Shown here piece by piece: positions 1 to 7,896 of a DNA stretch of 64,000 bases. This DNA is from Vitreimonas sp. (GTDB taxonomy: Bacteria; Patescibacteriota; Microgenomatia; UBA1400; PJMF01). Position 1 is the first letter of the stretch. Each line of letters starts with the position of its first letter. The position numbers and the translations under genes were made by a program. A model generated the notes under the pieces. It searched no databases. It was not told the DNA's origin and saw only the letters and a program-made list of their open reading frames with translations. The stretch is from contig DASPLQ010000012.1 of assembly GCA_035627515.1 (NCBI GenBank), positions 1,344,517-1,408,516 of the forward strand. The letters are read 5' to 3'.

Positions 1-288
1 CACGGCTTCACCAGTGCCTGTGGGCTGGGTGACTACATTAATGCAATGATGCATGCCATAAATAAAATAGACATACCAGTGTCCCGGTGGTCCAAACATG
101 ACCTGAGTTCTCTTGGTCATACCGCGGTAGCTATGCGCAGCTGGATCGTTCATACCTAAATAAGCTTCCGTTTCCACAATTTTGCCTACCATCACTCCGG
201 CAGCAGTCTGATGGACTAAATACTTGCCCAATAGCTCTTTAGCTACTTCCAGCGTGTCGCGGTCATAAAACGATCGTGGTAAAATCAT
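1..288 (-). CDS. mpg: DNA-3-methyladenine glycosylase (MPG/AAG family), runs off window start
   Basis: Not in ORF track. Manual translation [25 protein letters not shown]...[49 protein letters not shown] matches the MPG family pattern. Confidence 0.92.
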   Translation of the reverse strand, partial: MILPRSFYDRDTLEVAKELLGKYLVHQTAAGVMVGKIVETEAYLGMNDPAAHSYRGMTKRTQVMFGPPGHWYVYFIYGMHHCINVVTQPTGTGEAV

Positions 289-304
289 ATGCTTGATTAT
301 AAGC

Positions 305-422
305 GAAGTAATTGAGTAATTAAGTAAGTGAGTGAGTGAATGAGAATATCGTGAGTGAGAAATAAATAATGAGCTGAGATTTGCGTACTCGCAACCGAAG
401 CGAATTATTTTTCGACACAAAC
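305..422 (+). repeat. Conserved leader upstream of tRNA-Leu(CAG), copy 1
   Basis: 364-413 is identical (50 bp) to the reverse complement of 17465-17514. GAAGTAATTGA and GTGAGTGA runs are also shared. Confidence 0.85.
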
Positions 423-508
423 GCCGAAGTGGCGAAATGGTAGACGCGCACGCTTCAGGAGCGTGTCCCCGCAAGGGGATGGAGGTTCGAGTCCTCTCTT
501 CGGCACCA
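423..508 (+). tRNA. tRNA-Leu(CAG)
   Basis: Cloverleaf GCCGAAG/CTTCGGC, anticodon arm CACGC-TTCAGGA-GCGTG, long variable arm, GGTTCGAG T-loop, CCA encoded. Confidence 0.95.
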
Positions 509-537
509 GCTAATGATATAATTTAAAGCCTAGTTAA

Positions 538-621
538 GCCCAGGTGGTGAAATGGTATACACGTACGCTTGAGGTGCGTATGCCGAAAGGCGTGGAGGTT
601 CAAGTCCTCTCCTGGGCACCA
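538..621 (+). tRNA. tRNA-Leu(GAG)
   Basis: GCCCAGG/CCTGGGC acceptor, TACGC-TTGAGGT-GCGTA anticodon arm, long variable arm, CCA encoded. Confidence 0.95.
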
Positions 622-629
622 GATATAAG

Positions 630-656
630 GCGTCTCCTTGCCAAGGAGAAGGTCGC
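630..656 (+). repeat. 27-bp fragment of tRNA-Gly(GCC) anticodon arm
   Basis: GCGTCTCCTTGCCAAGGAGAAGGTCGC is identical to 2473-2499. Confidence 0.9.
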
Positions 657-663
657 AGTCTAT

Positions 664-738
664 GGCCGCTTAGTCTCAGTTGGTTAGAGCGCTCGGTTTA
701 CATCCGAGAGGTCACAGGTTCGAGCCCTGTAGCGGCCA
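664..738 (+). tRNA. tRNA-Val(TAC)
   Basis: GGCCGCT/AGCGGCC acceptor, CTCGG-TTTACAT-CCGAG anticodon arm, GGTTCGAGC T-loop. One extra T in the D-stem (TAGTCTCAG). Confidence 0.88.
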
Positions 739-776
739 CGTAAAGCATTTATTCTCACAATCGGTGGACACCACAA

Positions 777-810
777 AGAGGTCACCCCGCTCAAGCGGGG
801 TAGCGGCCAC
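777..810 (+). repeat. Degenerate duplicate of tRNA-Val 3' end with T-arm replaced by a 16-bp hairpin
   Basis: AGAGGTCAC and GTAGCGGCCAC match 707-715 and 729-739. CCCCGC-TCAA-GCGGGG (785-800) lies between them. Confidence 0.75.
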
Positions 811-817
811 ACAACAT

Positions 818-1243
818 TTAATCAATCACAAAATCTGCGCTTACATCTACTTTGCCACTTTCATTTATCATTAAGCGACAATACCAGGCTTCGGGAGCTC
901 CAGGATGTCGAGTAATAAGTAAACTTTTTCTTCGCAGTCCATCATCAATGTGTCGTTCTTCGCATTTCACAGCATGAACGCATGATGACCAATTTGTCGG
1001 TCTGGCCGGATTGCAGGATTCAAAGCAATAACCACGAATTTGTGACAAAATCATTTTAGAATAGTCCTGATCTTGGAGTGAGCGGCAACGCGTTACAAAT
1101 GCTTGCGAACCAGGGGAAAAGCGTTCAAAAATTCCAAAATAGAGAGCAGGAAATATAAAGAGCGCAAAGCCCACAAAACCAACCAAAAGATAGGTTAGAA
1201 AAGCCTGGTAAGTGAAGTAGATCTTAGATGAGTGTGACATCAT
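818..1243 (-). CDS. Hypothetical membrane-anchored protein
   Basis: N-terminal hydrophobic helix, several Cys, ATGA overlap with the upstream gene. Confidence 0.65.
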   Translation of the reverse strand: MMSHSSKIYFTYQAFLTYLLVGFVGFALFIFPALYFGIFERFSPGSQAFVTRCRSLQDQDYSKMILSQIRGYCFESCNPARPTNWSSCVHAVKCEERHIDDGLRRKSLLITRHPGAPEAWYCRLMINESGKVDVSADFVID

Positions 1244-1722
1244 AACTCCGGCCATTCTTCAGGATGCTCAAAAATAGGTGGTGTTTCTTTATAAACTGGA
1301 AAGATTTCCTTGGGCGTACTACCAGGAGGTAATGCCCAATTAGTATGCGTTGTATTTTTAGAGTAATCAGAGTGATAGTAAAAGATTGGCCAGCTTAAGG
1401 ATTGGGCTGCCATCCTAAAGCCTGAATTATCGGGTAATGGCCGGTAATGCATCTTTGTACAAAAATTTAGGTACTTTCTAGAGCAAATGATTTCATTACT
1501 GATGAGCGTTAAATCAGCCGGATACGTACCTTTTTCAGCCTTATATATCTCCACTTGTTCAGCAGCCTCTTTAAACTGTCTATATAAATCAAAGTCTCTT
1601 TGTTCAGTATCGAAAATAAAGAGGCGTAAAAAGACATTGAGGACCAAATAACCCAGTAATAATGCCAACAATAAGCCAAAAGCCATTAGAACGCGAAATA
1701 GAAGCTTTATTGGTTTTTTCAT
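1240..1722 (-). CDS. Hypothetical membrane-anchored protein, weakly pseudopilin(GspG)-like
   Basis: N-terminal TM followed by EIYKAEKGTYPADL, which resembles pseudopilin globular domains. Confidence 0.6.
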   Translation of the reverse strand: MKKPIKLLFRVLMAFGLLLALLLGYLVLNVFLRLFIFDTEQRDFDLYRQFKEAAEQVEIYKAEKGTYPADLTLISNEIICSRKYLNFCTKMHYRPLPDNSGFRMAAQSLSWPIFYYHSDYSKNTTHTNWALPPGSTPKEIFPVYKETPPIFEHPEEWPEL

Positions 1723-1731
1723 AATAAAACA

Positions 1732-2217
1732 CTAGTCAAAAAATTCATGAACAACTTTGGTATAGACTATCTCACCCTGAAAACAAACTAAGTACATATA
1801 ATAGGAAAAATCTCCATGTGGCCCTGCCTTCCCGTCGGCAGAGTATTTCCAACAATTTCGATCATTACCTACGCCTATACCATCTGCCAAAGGTTTGCCC
1901 AGCAAGTCTTCAACTTGGCCTTTAGTCATGTTCTTTTCAACCTTTTCAAAGTTAGTAACAGTGAAGCCAGGAGCAAAAATCGTGTCAATTTCTGGATATG
2001 GATAAAAATGTTGCTCTGAAAACAGAAAAACATGAATAATAAAAGGAGCCACGATGAAAATAATTGCTATTTGTAAAGCGATCACACCAGCAATGAGAGA
2101 TACCAACTTAGAAAAAAGTGTTTTATCTTTTCGGAAAAAAAGTCCTGCTGTTAAACTAATAGCGGCACATACTCCAAACAGTAAGAGAAAAAACCGAGTA
2201 ATTAAGAACCACGACAT
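1732..2217 (-). CDS. Membrane protein with SmpA/BamE-like small domain
   Basis: Two TM helices then FEKVEKNMTKGQVEDLLGKP...WKYS. Confidence 0.6.
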   Translation of the reverse strand: MSWFLITRFFLLLFGVCAAISLTAGLFFRKDKTLFSKLVSLIAGVIALQIAIIFIVAPFIIHVFLFSEQHFYPYPEIDTIFAPGFTVTNFEKVEKNMTKGQVEDLLGKPLADGIGVGNDRNCWKYSADGKAGPHGDFSYYMYLVCFQGEIVYTKVVHEFFD

Positions 2218-2315
2218 GAAAAATTATAGCATTTTCATCTTAGGGGAGTTAAAATCTCCTCGCACAAATCAAGATATTTTGGTTATAATAGTGATTCGTT
2301 ATTGCAAAATAACAT

Positions 2316-2391
2316 GCCAAGCTAGCCAAGTTGGTCACGGCGCATGTCTGAAAAACATGAAATTCAGGTTCGATTCCTGAGCTTGGCACCA
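2316..2391 (+). tRNA. tRNA-Phe(GAA)
   Basis: GCCAAGC/GCTTGGC acceptor, CATGT-CTGAAAA-ACATG anticodon arm, GGTTCGATT, CCA encoded. Confidence 0.9.
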
Positions 2392-2448
2392 GACATTGAG
2401 AAAAATGAGATGAACGGGTACAATTGACACTTGTTCAATTAACAGAAT

Positions 2449-2522
2449 GCGAGAATAGCTCAGTTGGCTAGAGCGTCTCCTTGCCAAGGAGAAGGTCGCG
2501 GGTTCGAGTCCCGTTTCTCGCT
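2449..2522 (+). tRNA. tRNA-Gly(GCC)
   Basis: GCGAGAA/TTCTCGC acceptor, TCTCC-TTGCCAA-GGAGA anticodon arm, GGTTCGAG. Confidence 0.95.
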
Positions 2523-2526
2523 CACT

Positions 2527-2835
2527 TTAATCATCCCCATACCAGCAACCAGCTTTTTTAAGCATTTCCTTAAGCTCTAAATCAAATTTTTCTGATTCAG
2601 TTAAAACATTGGTTTTCTCTAGTGAAAAAAGATCGTAAACACTGGCATCAAGATAGTGAGCAATTTTTAAAGCCGTTAAGACTGAAGGAACCACTAAACC
2701 TTTCTCAATGTCGTAAACATTTTGCCTACTAATACCAATATGAAATGCCAAAGTTAACTGAGAGACGCCGATAGATTTGCGAAATTTGGCCACATTATTG
2801 TAAAGTTTGACAGGGTGCAGTGAGGGGTTCTTCAT
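2527..2835 (-). CDS. XRE/Cro-C1 helix-turn-helix transcriptional regulator
   Basis: FRKSIGVSQLTLAFHIGISRQNVYDIEKG..PSVLTALKIAHYL. Confidence 0.9.
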   Translation of the reverse strand: MKNPSLHPVKLYNNVAKFRKSIGVSQLTLAFHIGISRQNVYDIEKGLVVPSVLTALKIAHYLDASVYDLFSLEKTNVLTESEKFDLELKEMLKKAGCWYGDD

Positions 2836-2844
2836 GAGAGAAAC

Positions 2845-2892
2845 GTCATTTAAAAGTTACACTTTTTATTCAAACTGTAAACTTTAGATGAC
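2845..2892. repeat. 48-bp 17-14-17 inverted-repeat element, copy 1 (candidate XRE operator pair)
   Basis: GTCATTTAAAAGTTACA-N14-TGTAAACTTTAGATGAC, 9 bp upstream of the XRE start codon. Confidence 0.85.
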
Positions 2893-2924
2893 AGATTCTT
2901 CCAAGGATATACCTCCAACCTTTA

Positions 2925-3578
2925 CTAAACCGTAGTACTAACCAAATCACTCATTTTAGCTGCGATAGCTTCTTCAGCAATTTCCTCAGGTTTTATTTTG
3001 CACACTTCAAAAATCTGCTTTTCAATTTGGTATAAGTATTGAGAATATTGCCGCCGCTTCATCACATCTTCTTCCAGAGAATATTTATCACCATATCGCT
3101 CCTCTAAGTCATCTAACCGTTCTTGCAAAAGCACCACTCCAGTTGGCGCCACCCGCATATCAGCATAGGCACAGATTTTTTGAGCTAAATCAGAGCTTAA
3201 AAAGTTTTCCTCAGCTTTCAAGAAACCCACTGCATCAATTAACTCATAAACTCGCAGCTCCACCCCAATCTCATCAATAATTTTCATCGTTGCATCATGA
3301 TCATTGTGACCATACTTTGCCACAAACTCTTTCTGGATTTCTTGCCAATATTCCAACTCACCAGCCGGCACAAACTCGGGAAACTTCAATAAATCAAACT
3401 TCACGATGTTACCCATGTCATGTAGTAAACAAGCTAAAATCACATGGCGGCGATCATTATCAGAAAGGGGAGTAGTTAAGGTATCTACAATCACGGCGGC
3501 CACACCTGCTACCCGTAGCTGGTGCTGCTGCAAATTAGGCATCAACCGATACTGTTGGTAAAGCTGCGCAATCGTCAT
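2925..3578 (-). CDS. HD-domain phosphohydrolase
   Basis: H..RVA, CLLHDMGN, YADMR motifs. Confidence 0.85.
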   Translation of the reverse strand: MTIAQLYQQYRLMPNLQQHQLRVAGVAAVIVDTLTTPLSDNDRRHVILACLLHDMGNIVKFDLLKFPEFVPAGELEYWQEIQKEFVAKYGHNDHDATMKIIDEIGVELRVYELIDAVGFLKAEENFLSSDLAQKICAYADMRVAPTGVVLLQERLDDLEERYGDKYSLEEDVMKRRQYSQYLYQIEKQIFEVCKIKPEEIAEEAIAAKMSDLVSTTV

Positions 3579-3598
3579 GGGGCAAGTATAACAAACTC

Positions 3599-4318
3599 TT
3601 ACTTAAAAAAGGCGCCATACCGGATAGAGCGCGAAAACTTCCGGTAAAAAGCCTCTAAAATCACGTCTCGGGCTTCATTAACTTGGAAGTACTGGGTATT
3701 TATCGTCAAGTCATATGAGTTACATTTATCAATATCCTTGCGCAAATACTGCTTCACAAAGGACCGCCGTTCTTTCTCCACTTTGGCGATCACTTCTTTA
3801 GCTTGAGCTTCATTCAATCCCTCAAAATCCATGGCCCGCTTCACTCGCCGATCGTATGGAGCTGTGATATTAATGTGCAACCCTTTAGCAAACGGACAAA
3901 TAAAGTTTGCACCTCTACCTAGAATAACTACATGTCCTTGCAAAGCGTATGCCAGCATCACCTTCACTAACTCCGTCACATACGTTAAGTCATCAATGTA
4001 CTCAGGATTAAGAATCGAGTGGACAATGTCATCAATTTTGCTGCGGCTCTTTTCATCGATAGCTTTAATGGCTGCTTTACGTTGTTTAGTCGAGTTCGCA
4101 ATTTCTTCAATCAGTTGGTCATCAACAAAAGTAAAACCTAACTTGTCTGCCACTGCTTTGGCAATGGGTGCCCCACCACTACCGGGCTCACGAGCAATGG
4201 TAATAAAGGGTCGGACAAATGAAGATTCAGCATCAGCACTATATTGATTAAAGATGCGATCTTTGATGTTGAGGGTATTAATGATTTTATTAACCAGCGG
4301 GTAATAATGTAGGGACAT
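3599..4318 (-). CDS. Cytidylate kinase-like family protein
   Basis: ITIAREPGSGG..IAKAVADKLG, VILGRGAN, YDLTINT. Confidence 0.85.
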   Translation of the reverse strand: MSLHYYPLVNKIINTLNIKDRIFNQYSADAESSFVRPFITIAREPGSGGAPIAKAVADKLGFTFVDDQLIEEIANSTKQRKAAIKAIDEKSRSKIDDIVHSILNPEYIDDLTYVTELVKVMLAYALQGHVVILGRGANFICPFAKGLHINITAPYDRRVKRAMDFEGLNEAQAKEVIAKVEKERRSFVKQYLRKDIDKCNSYDLTINTQYFQVNEARDVILEAFYRKFSRSIRYGAFFK

Positions 4319-4410
4319 ACTTAATTATATCTAAGACTCCAATGAGCAGAAATTATGTACCCCAGATGATGTTATAATGTCAGAGCCTGTTAAGAGGTAT
4401 GTAAGTTTTC

Positions 4411-4484
4411 GCGTCAGTAGCTCAGTTGGATAGAGCATCTGTCTTCGGAACAGAGGGTCGGGGGTTCGAATCCCTCCTGGCGCA
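4411..4484 (+). tRNA. tRNA-Arg(TCG)
   Basis: GCGTCAG/CTGGCGC acceptor, TCTGT-CTTCGGA-ACAGA anticodon arm, GGTTCGAAT. Confidence 0.93.
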
Positions 4485-4513
4485 CTTTTTTTACTCCTGT
4501 ACTCCAAGCCTTT

Positions 4514-4529
4514 CTTCGCCTTGGCGAAG
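4514..4529. repeat. 16-bp GC-rich hairpin downstream of tRNA-Arg
   Basis: CTTCGCC-TT-GGCGAAG. Confidence 0.55.
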
Positions 4530-4581
4530 CTCGCTTTATTTTGTAAACTTTTACCTTGTTACTTTTACTTGAGGAAATTAT

Positions 4582-5202
4582 ATGTACGCTGATACTGTCT
4601 ATTTATTTGGTGATCAATTTGCTCCGGCTGCCGGGATGTTGGGTTATAAAGAAACCTTGCCCAATGGCACAAAAGTTGATCAGAAGCGCTTAGCGGAACT
4701 GGTCGTCATAGCGGCTTTAGTCGAAATGAGTGAACAAGGTTACATCAAGACCTATGTAAAAGATGGGGAATTTTTGTTTTTTAAAACCCAAACTGCAGTC
4801 GTGAGCTTAGAAAAAAAACCTGCCAAGTCTTTAGGTGTATTCGAACATGCTTTACTTAGTGTATTGGATAGTGCCCAAAAAGAACTGTCTATTAACGATT
4901 TACTTCATTACCTTTTGCAACGGGACAGTTATAACCCCTGGGGTGAAGTGACTAGATTCATTAATGAAAATCTCATCAACCGAGGCATTCTAGAAAAGAC
5001 TAAAGATAAACAAATATTATTTATTAAAACCTACAAAAATGTACTGAAAGGGGAAATTCCCCAAGAAGAACAACAGCGGTTAGAAAAAGTCAAAACGGCT
5101 TTAGAACACTTTAAAAATAACGATCCTGTGCTTTATAAAAAAGTTCTTGATGGCGTCAATAATGGGATTAGCTCCCGGGTAGTGCAATCAGATAATGACT
5201 AA
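4582..5202 (+). CDS. Hypothetical protein
   Basis: 206-aa ORF with GAGGA RBS; no family recognised. Confidence 0.75.
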   Translation: MYADTVYLFGDQFAPAAGMLGYKETLPNGTKVDQKRLAELVVIAALVEMSEQGYIKTYVKDGEFLFFKTQTAVVSLEKKPAKSLGVFEHALLSVLDSAQKELSINDLLHYLLQRDSYNPWGEVTRFINENLINRGILEKTKDKQILFIKTYKNVLKGEIPQEEQQRLEKVKTALEHFKNNDPVLYKKVLDGVNNGISSRVVQSDND

Positions 5203-5216
5203 GAGTATACTGAGGT

Positions 5217-5807
5217 ATGTCAACCTCTCCCTCTCAACCTACTCAACCACAATCACCACGACGCTTATTTCGCGCCCTCGAAGCTAAATCTTTGCGCTCA
5301 CGGACCGTACCGACCCAAATTGCTGATTATTTAACGAGCAAAAGTAGCACCCCTACTTTTTTGTTTTTGAACACGCTGTTATTTGCGTTTTGGATAATTT
5401 GGAACTCAGGCCTTATTCCTCAACTCAAACCCATCGATCCGTATCCCTTTGGCTTTTTGACGATGGTGGTCTCACTAGAAGCAATTGCGTTATCCATTTT
5501 TGTGTTAATTTCTCAAAATCGGGCGGCTCAAATTGCCACCTTGCGTGATGAGCTCAACTTACGCGTCAATCTGATTGCTGAACAAGAAGTGACTAAAAGT
5601 TTACAAATTTTAGCTGAGATGCGGACTAAAATGGGCATTAAAACTCCTGATCCTGAGCTTGAGGAAATGTTGCAAGATATTAATGCCTCTGACCTTGAGC
5701 ACTCGATCGCGGCTCAGTTAGTGAGAGCGGACCAAACGGTCATTACCAAACTGACCAAAAAAGACGTTCCTAACCTAATTAACTCGCTCCTGAATGTGCG
5801 GCGGTAA
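5217..5807 (+). CDS. DUF1003 family membrane protein
   Basis: DPYPFGFLTMVVSLEAI.LSIFVLISQNR signature. Confidence 0.88.
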   Translation: MSTSPSQPTQPQSPRRLFRALEAKSLRSRTVPTQIADYLTSKSSTPTFLFLNTLLFAFWIIWNSGLIPQLKPIDPYPFGFLTMVVSLEAIALSIFVLISQNRAAQIATLRDELNLRVNLIAEQEVTKSLQILAEMRTKMGIKTPDPELEEMLQDINASDLEHSIAAQLVRADQTVITKLTKKDVPNLINSLLNVRR

Positions 5808-5816
5808 ACTCCTAGC

Positions 5817-5847
5817 TTGACTTTGCCCTTACTGGAATGTTTATAGT
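5817..5847 (+). promoter_or_regulatory. MerR-type promoter with 19-bp spacer
   Basis: TTGACT (5817-5822), 19 bp, TATAGT (5842-5847), with an imperfect dyad ACTTTGCC..GGAATGT. Confidence 0.75.
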
Positions 5848-5859
5848 ACAATTCGTACT

Positions 5860-6282
5860 ATGAAACACTTAACTGTCAGCCAACTAGGAAAAGCTATTGG
5901 TGTCACACCCAAAACCATTCGCTTTTATGAATCTGAAGGCTTAATCACGCCTACAAAGCGGGCCGAGAATGGTTATCGTTTGTATGATGAATCGCTGGTT
6001 GAGGAACTTCAGTTAATTAAACAAGCTCGAGATTTAGGTTTGCCCCTCAAAGAAATTAAAACCTTACTAGCAGGTTGCCAAGGTGAAAGTTGCGATCACA
6101 CTAAAAAATATGTGCAGGGTGAAATTGATGACTACTTGGTCAAACTGAGCGCCAAAATTGACCAACTTCTTAATTTGCAGGCAAAATTACAACAACTCCG
6201 GACCCAGCTGGACAGCAATCCTCAATTTTGTGAGGGGGGAAAGTATTGTTGTAATATTTTGCATCAATTATCAAAAGTCTAG
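5860..6282 (+). CDS. MerR family metal-responsive regulator
   Basis: VSQLGKAIGVTPKTIRFYESEGL..ENGYRLY HTH; Cys residues GC..SC and FCEGGKYCC. Confidence 0.92.
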   Translation: MKHLTVSQLGKAIGVTPKTIRFYESEGLITPTKRAENGYRLYDESLVEELQLIKQARDLGLPLKEIKTLLAGCQGESCDHTKKYVQGEIDDYLVKLSAKIDQLLNLQAKLQQLRTQLDSNPQFCEGGKYCCNILHQLSKV

Positions 6283-6298
6283 AAAGGAGGTGAGAAAT

Positions 6299-6343
6299 AT
6301 GAATTCCAACGAAACGTGTTGCGGCGGCGGTTGCCAATGCTAA
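6299..6343 (+). CDS. 14-aa Cys-rich micropeptide MNSNETCCGGGCQC
   Basis: Perfect AAAGGAGGTGA Shine-Dalgarno at 6283-6293, directly after the merR stop, followed by a hairpin. Confidence 0.7.
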   Translation: MNSNETCCGGGCQC

Positions 6344-6368
6344 GTATTAAACATTAATACACCAACAC

Positions 6369-6395
6369 AACCATCATGTGCGCGCCATGATGGTT
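6369..6395 (+). terminator. Stem-loop, probable terminator of the merR-micropeptide unit
   Basis: AACCATCATG-TGCGCGC-CATGATGGTT. Confidence 0.6.
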
Positions 6396-6452
6396 TATCT
6401 CCCTCTACTTGATCGCATAAGTATCTGATATATAATTTAGTTATAGGATTAT

Positions 6453-7454
6453 ATGTCGGAAATTGTTCAAAAAGGTTTTTCACTAGCTCCAGGTGTGGAC
6501 ACACAAACTTTCCCTGTACGGGGACCTTTGGTTGAAATAACAGACCAAGGTTTCAAAGTTGTTCAAGGCCTGGGCAGCATACCTTTAGAAACGTTAGCAA
6601 AATACTACGATTTATATCACAATCGTCTTGACACACCCAGGGTAGAAATGTCAGTAGATGAAGAAGCACTCCAAAAATGGGTTGATCTTTTAATTGATGA
6701 CGCTTTTTCTGCAGTTGGTATAAATCTTGTTAGAAAGTTGGGATTATACCCTGATCCTAATGGTAAAAACATTTTAACTCCTTCAATTATTCTTACTCAC
6801 CTTACTAATCAACCAAATAGATATGTCCAGCTTAATGCTATTACTCCTGAAGGAAAAATCAGGATTAGAGCTATAAAAGTTGTTGATCTCTTTCAAGGAG
6901 ACTTTGCAGCTTGCCAATACACCATATTTACAGGTTTAAGAATGGCAGCGTGGGAAAAATTAACTGAAGAAGGCAATGATCCTCGATTTCAGGATTCTAT
7001 CTTTCAATCTTTGATGAGTAAGTCATTAAATACCGAAAGGATTCTCCAGCACGTTCATAACTCACCGCAACTTTTTGAGTGGGCATATCCAAATGACGGA
7101 CCTCAGAATTTAATCCAATCGGTGGAAGCATTGATTTACAACGCTGCAATTCGAGAGACATACTTGCCACTTATTCAAATCGCCAATAAAATGCTAACGA
7201 ACTTAATTTTATTTAACCACCTGGCAGATGAGAACCTCATCTTAGCCGGTAAGCCAACCTATAATGATGACGCAACTTATAATTTTAGTGATCATGAATT
7301 CCAATCAATAATTAACAGTCTCAAAAATAAAGCCCTCTTCCTACTTTACTTCAGAATGGACCTCATGGACCCTGCATCACATCGTTATTTAGTTGAGTAT
7401 CTTTATTATCGTTTTGGTGAAGAAGCCCCAGGAAAGAAATGGGAAACAAACTAA
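6453..7454 (+). CDS. Hypothetical protein (orphan-like)
   Basis: 333-aa ORF, AT-rich, no recognisable motif. Confidence 0.75.
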   Translation: MSEIVQKGFSLAPGVDTQTFPVRGPLVEITDQGFKVVQGLGSIPLETLAKYYDLYHNRLDTPRVEMSVDEEALQKWVDLLIDDAFSAVGINLVRKLGLYPDPNGKNILTPSIILTHLTNQPNRYVQLNAITPEGKIRIRAIKVVDLFQGDFAACQYTIFTGLRMAAWEKLTEEGNDPRFQDSIFQSLMSKSLNTERILQHVHNSPQLFEWAYPNDGPQNLIQSVEALIYNAAIRETYLPLIQIANKMLTNLILFNHLADENLILAGKPTYNDDATYNFSDHEFQSIINSLKNKALFLLYFRMDLMDPASHRYLVEYLYYRFGEEAPGKKWETN

Positions 7455-7461
7455 ATTAAGT

Positions 7462-7896
7462 ATGGAAAGAAGTCATAACCTCCCAATAGATGAACTCCAA
7501 CGAAGAGCTGGCAGTGCTAACCGTGGATTTAATGACACAATTATCAAGCCACAAGCTTTTAGAATTGGTTTGAGTCAATCTAATCCAGAGTTCCTACCAC
7601 CGAAAAAAAAAGTCATTATTTTTCCAAGACAACAGAACTTTGCACAAATTAATACACAGACTGCGACTGAAACACTCCTGCTTCCAGCCACAACCTCACG
7701 CATCAAATCACGACGAGATCGTACTGCTTCACCTGTTTCCGAGCTTAATGACGTGGTAGAAGCGATTAATACACGCGTCCAAAAAGAAAACCAACCGCTA
7801 GCCGACGATGTAAGTGCTGAAACCTTAATGGTCCAAGCCCTACAAAAAATCTTATCGAGCAAATCACAAGCCAAAGCTCCAACTAAACTTGTTTAG
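7462..7896 (+). CDS. Hypothetical protein
   Basis: ATG 7 bp after the upstream stop (MERSHNLP...). Confidence 0.6.
   Translation: MERSHNLPIDELQRRAGSANRGFNDTIIKPQAFRIGLSQSNPEFLPPKKKVIIFPRQQNFAQINTQTATETLLLPATTSRIKSRRDRTASPVSELNDVVEAINTRVQKENQPLADDVSAETLMVQALQKILSSKSQAKAPTKLV

Noticed and set aside
680-874. 64-aa ORF in the track (also 2054-2380, 17251-17466, 17291-17497)
   Set aside because: They overlap tRNA genes or lie antisense to real genes; spurious
4542-4556. TGTAAACTTT half-site resembling the 48-bp element
   Set aside because: No ATGAC end and no partner arm at 14-bp spacing
6158-6343. 61-aa ORF as given in the track
   Set aside because: It overlaps merR in another frame; only the last 14 codons have an SD and a credible start
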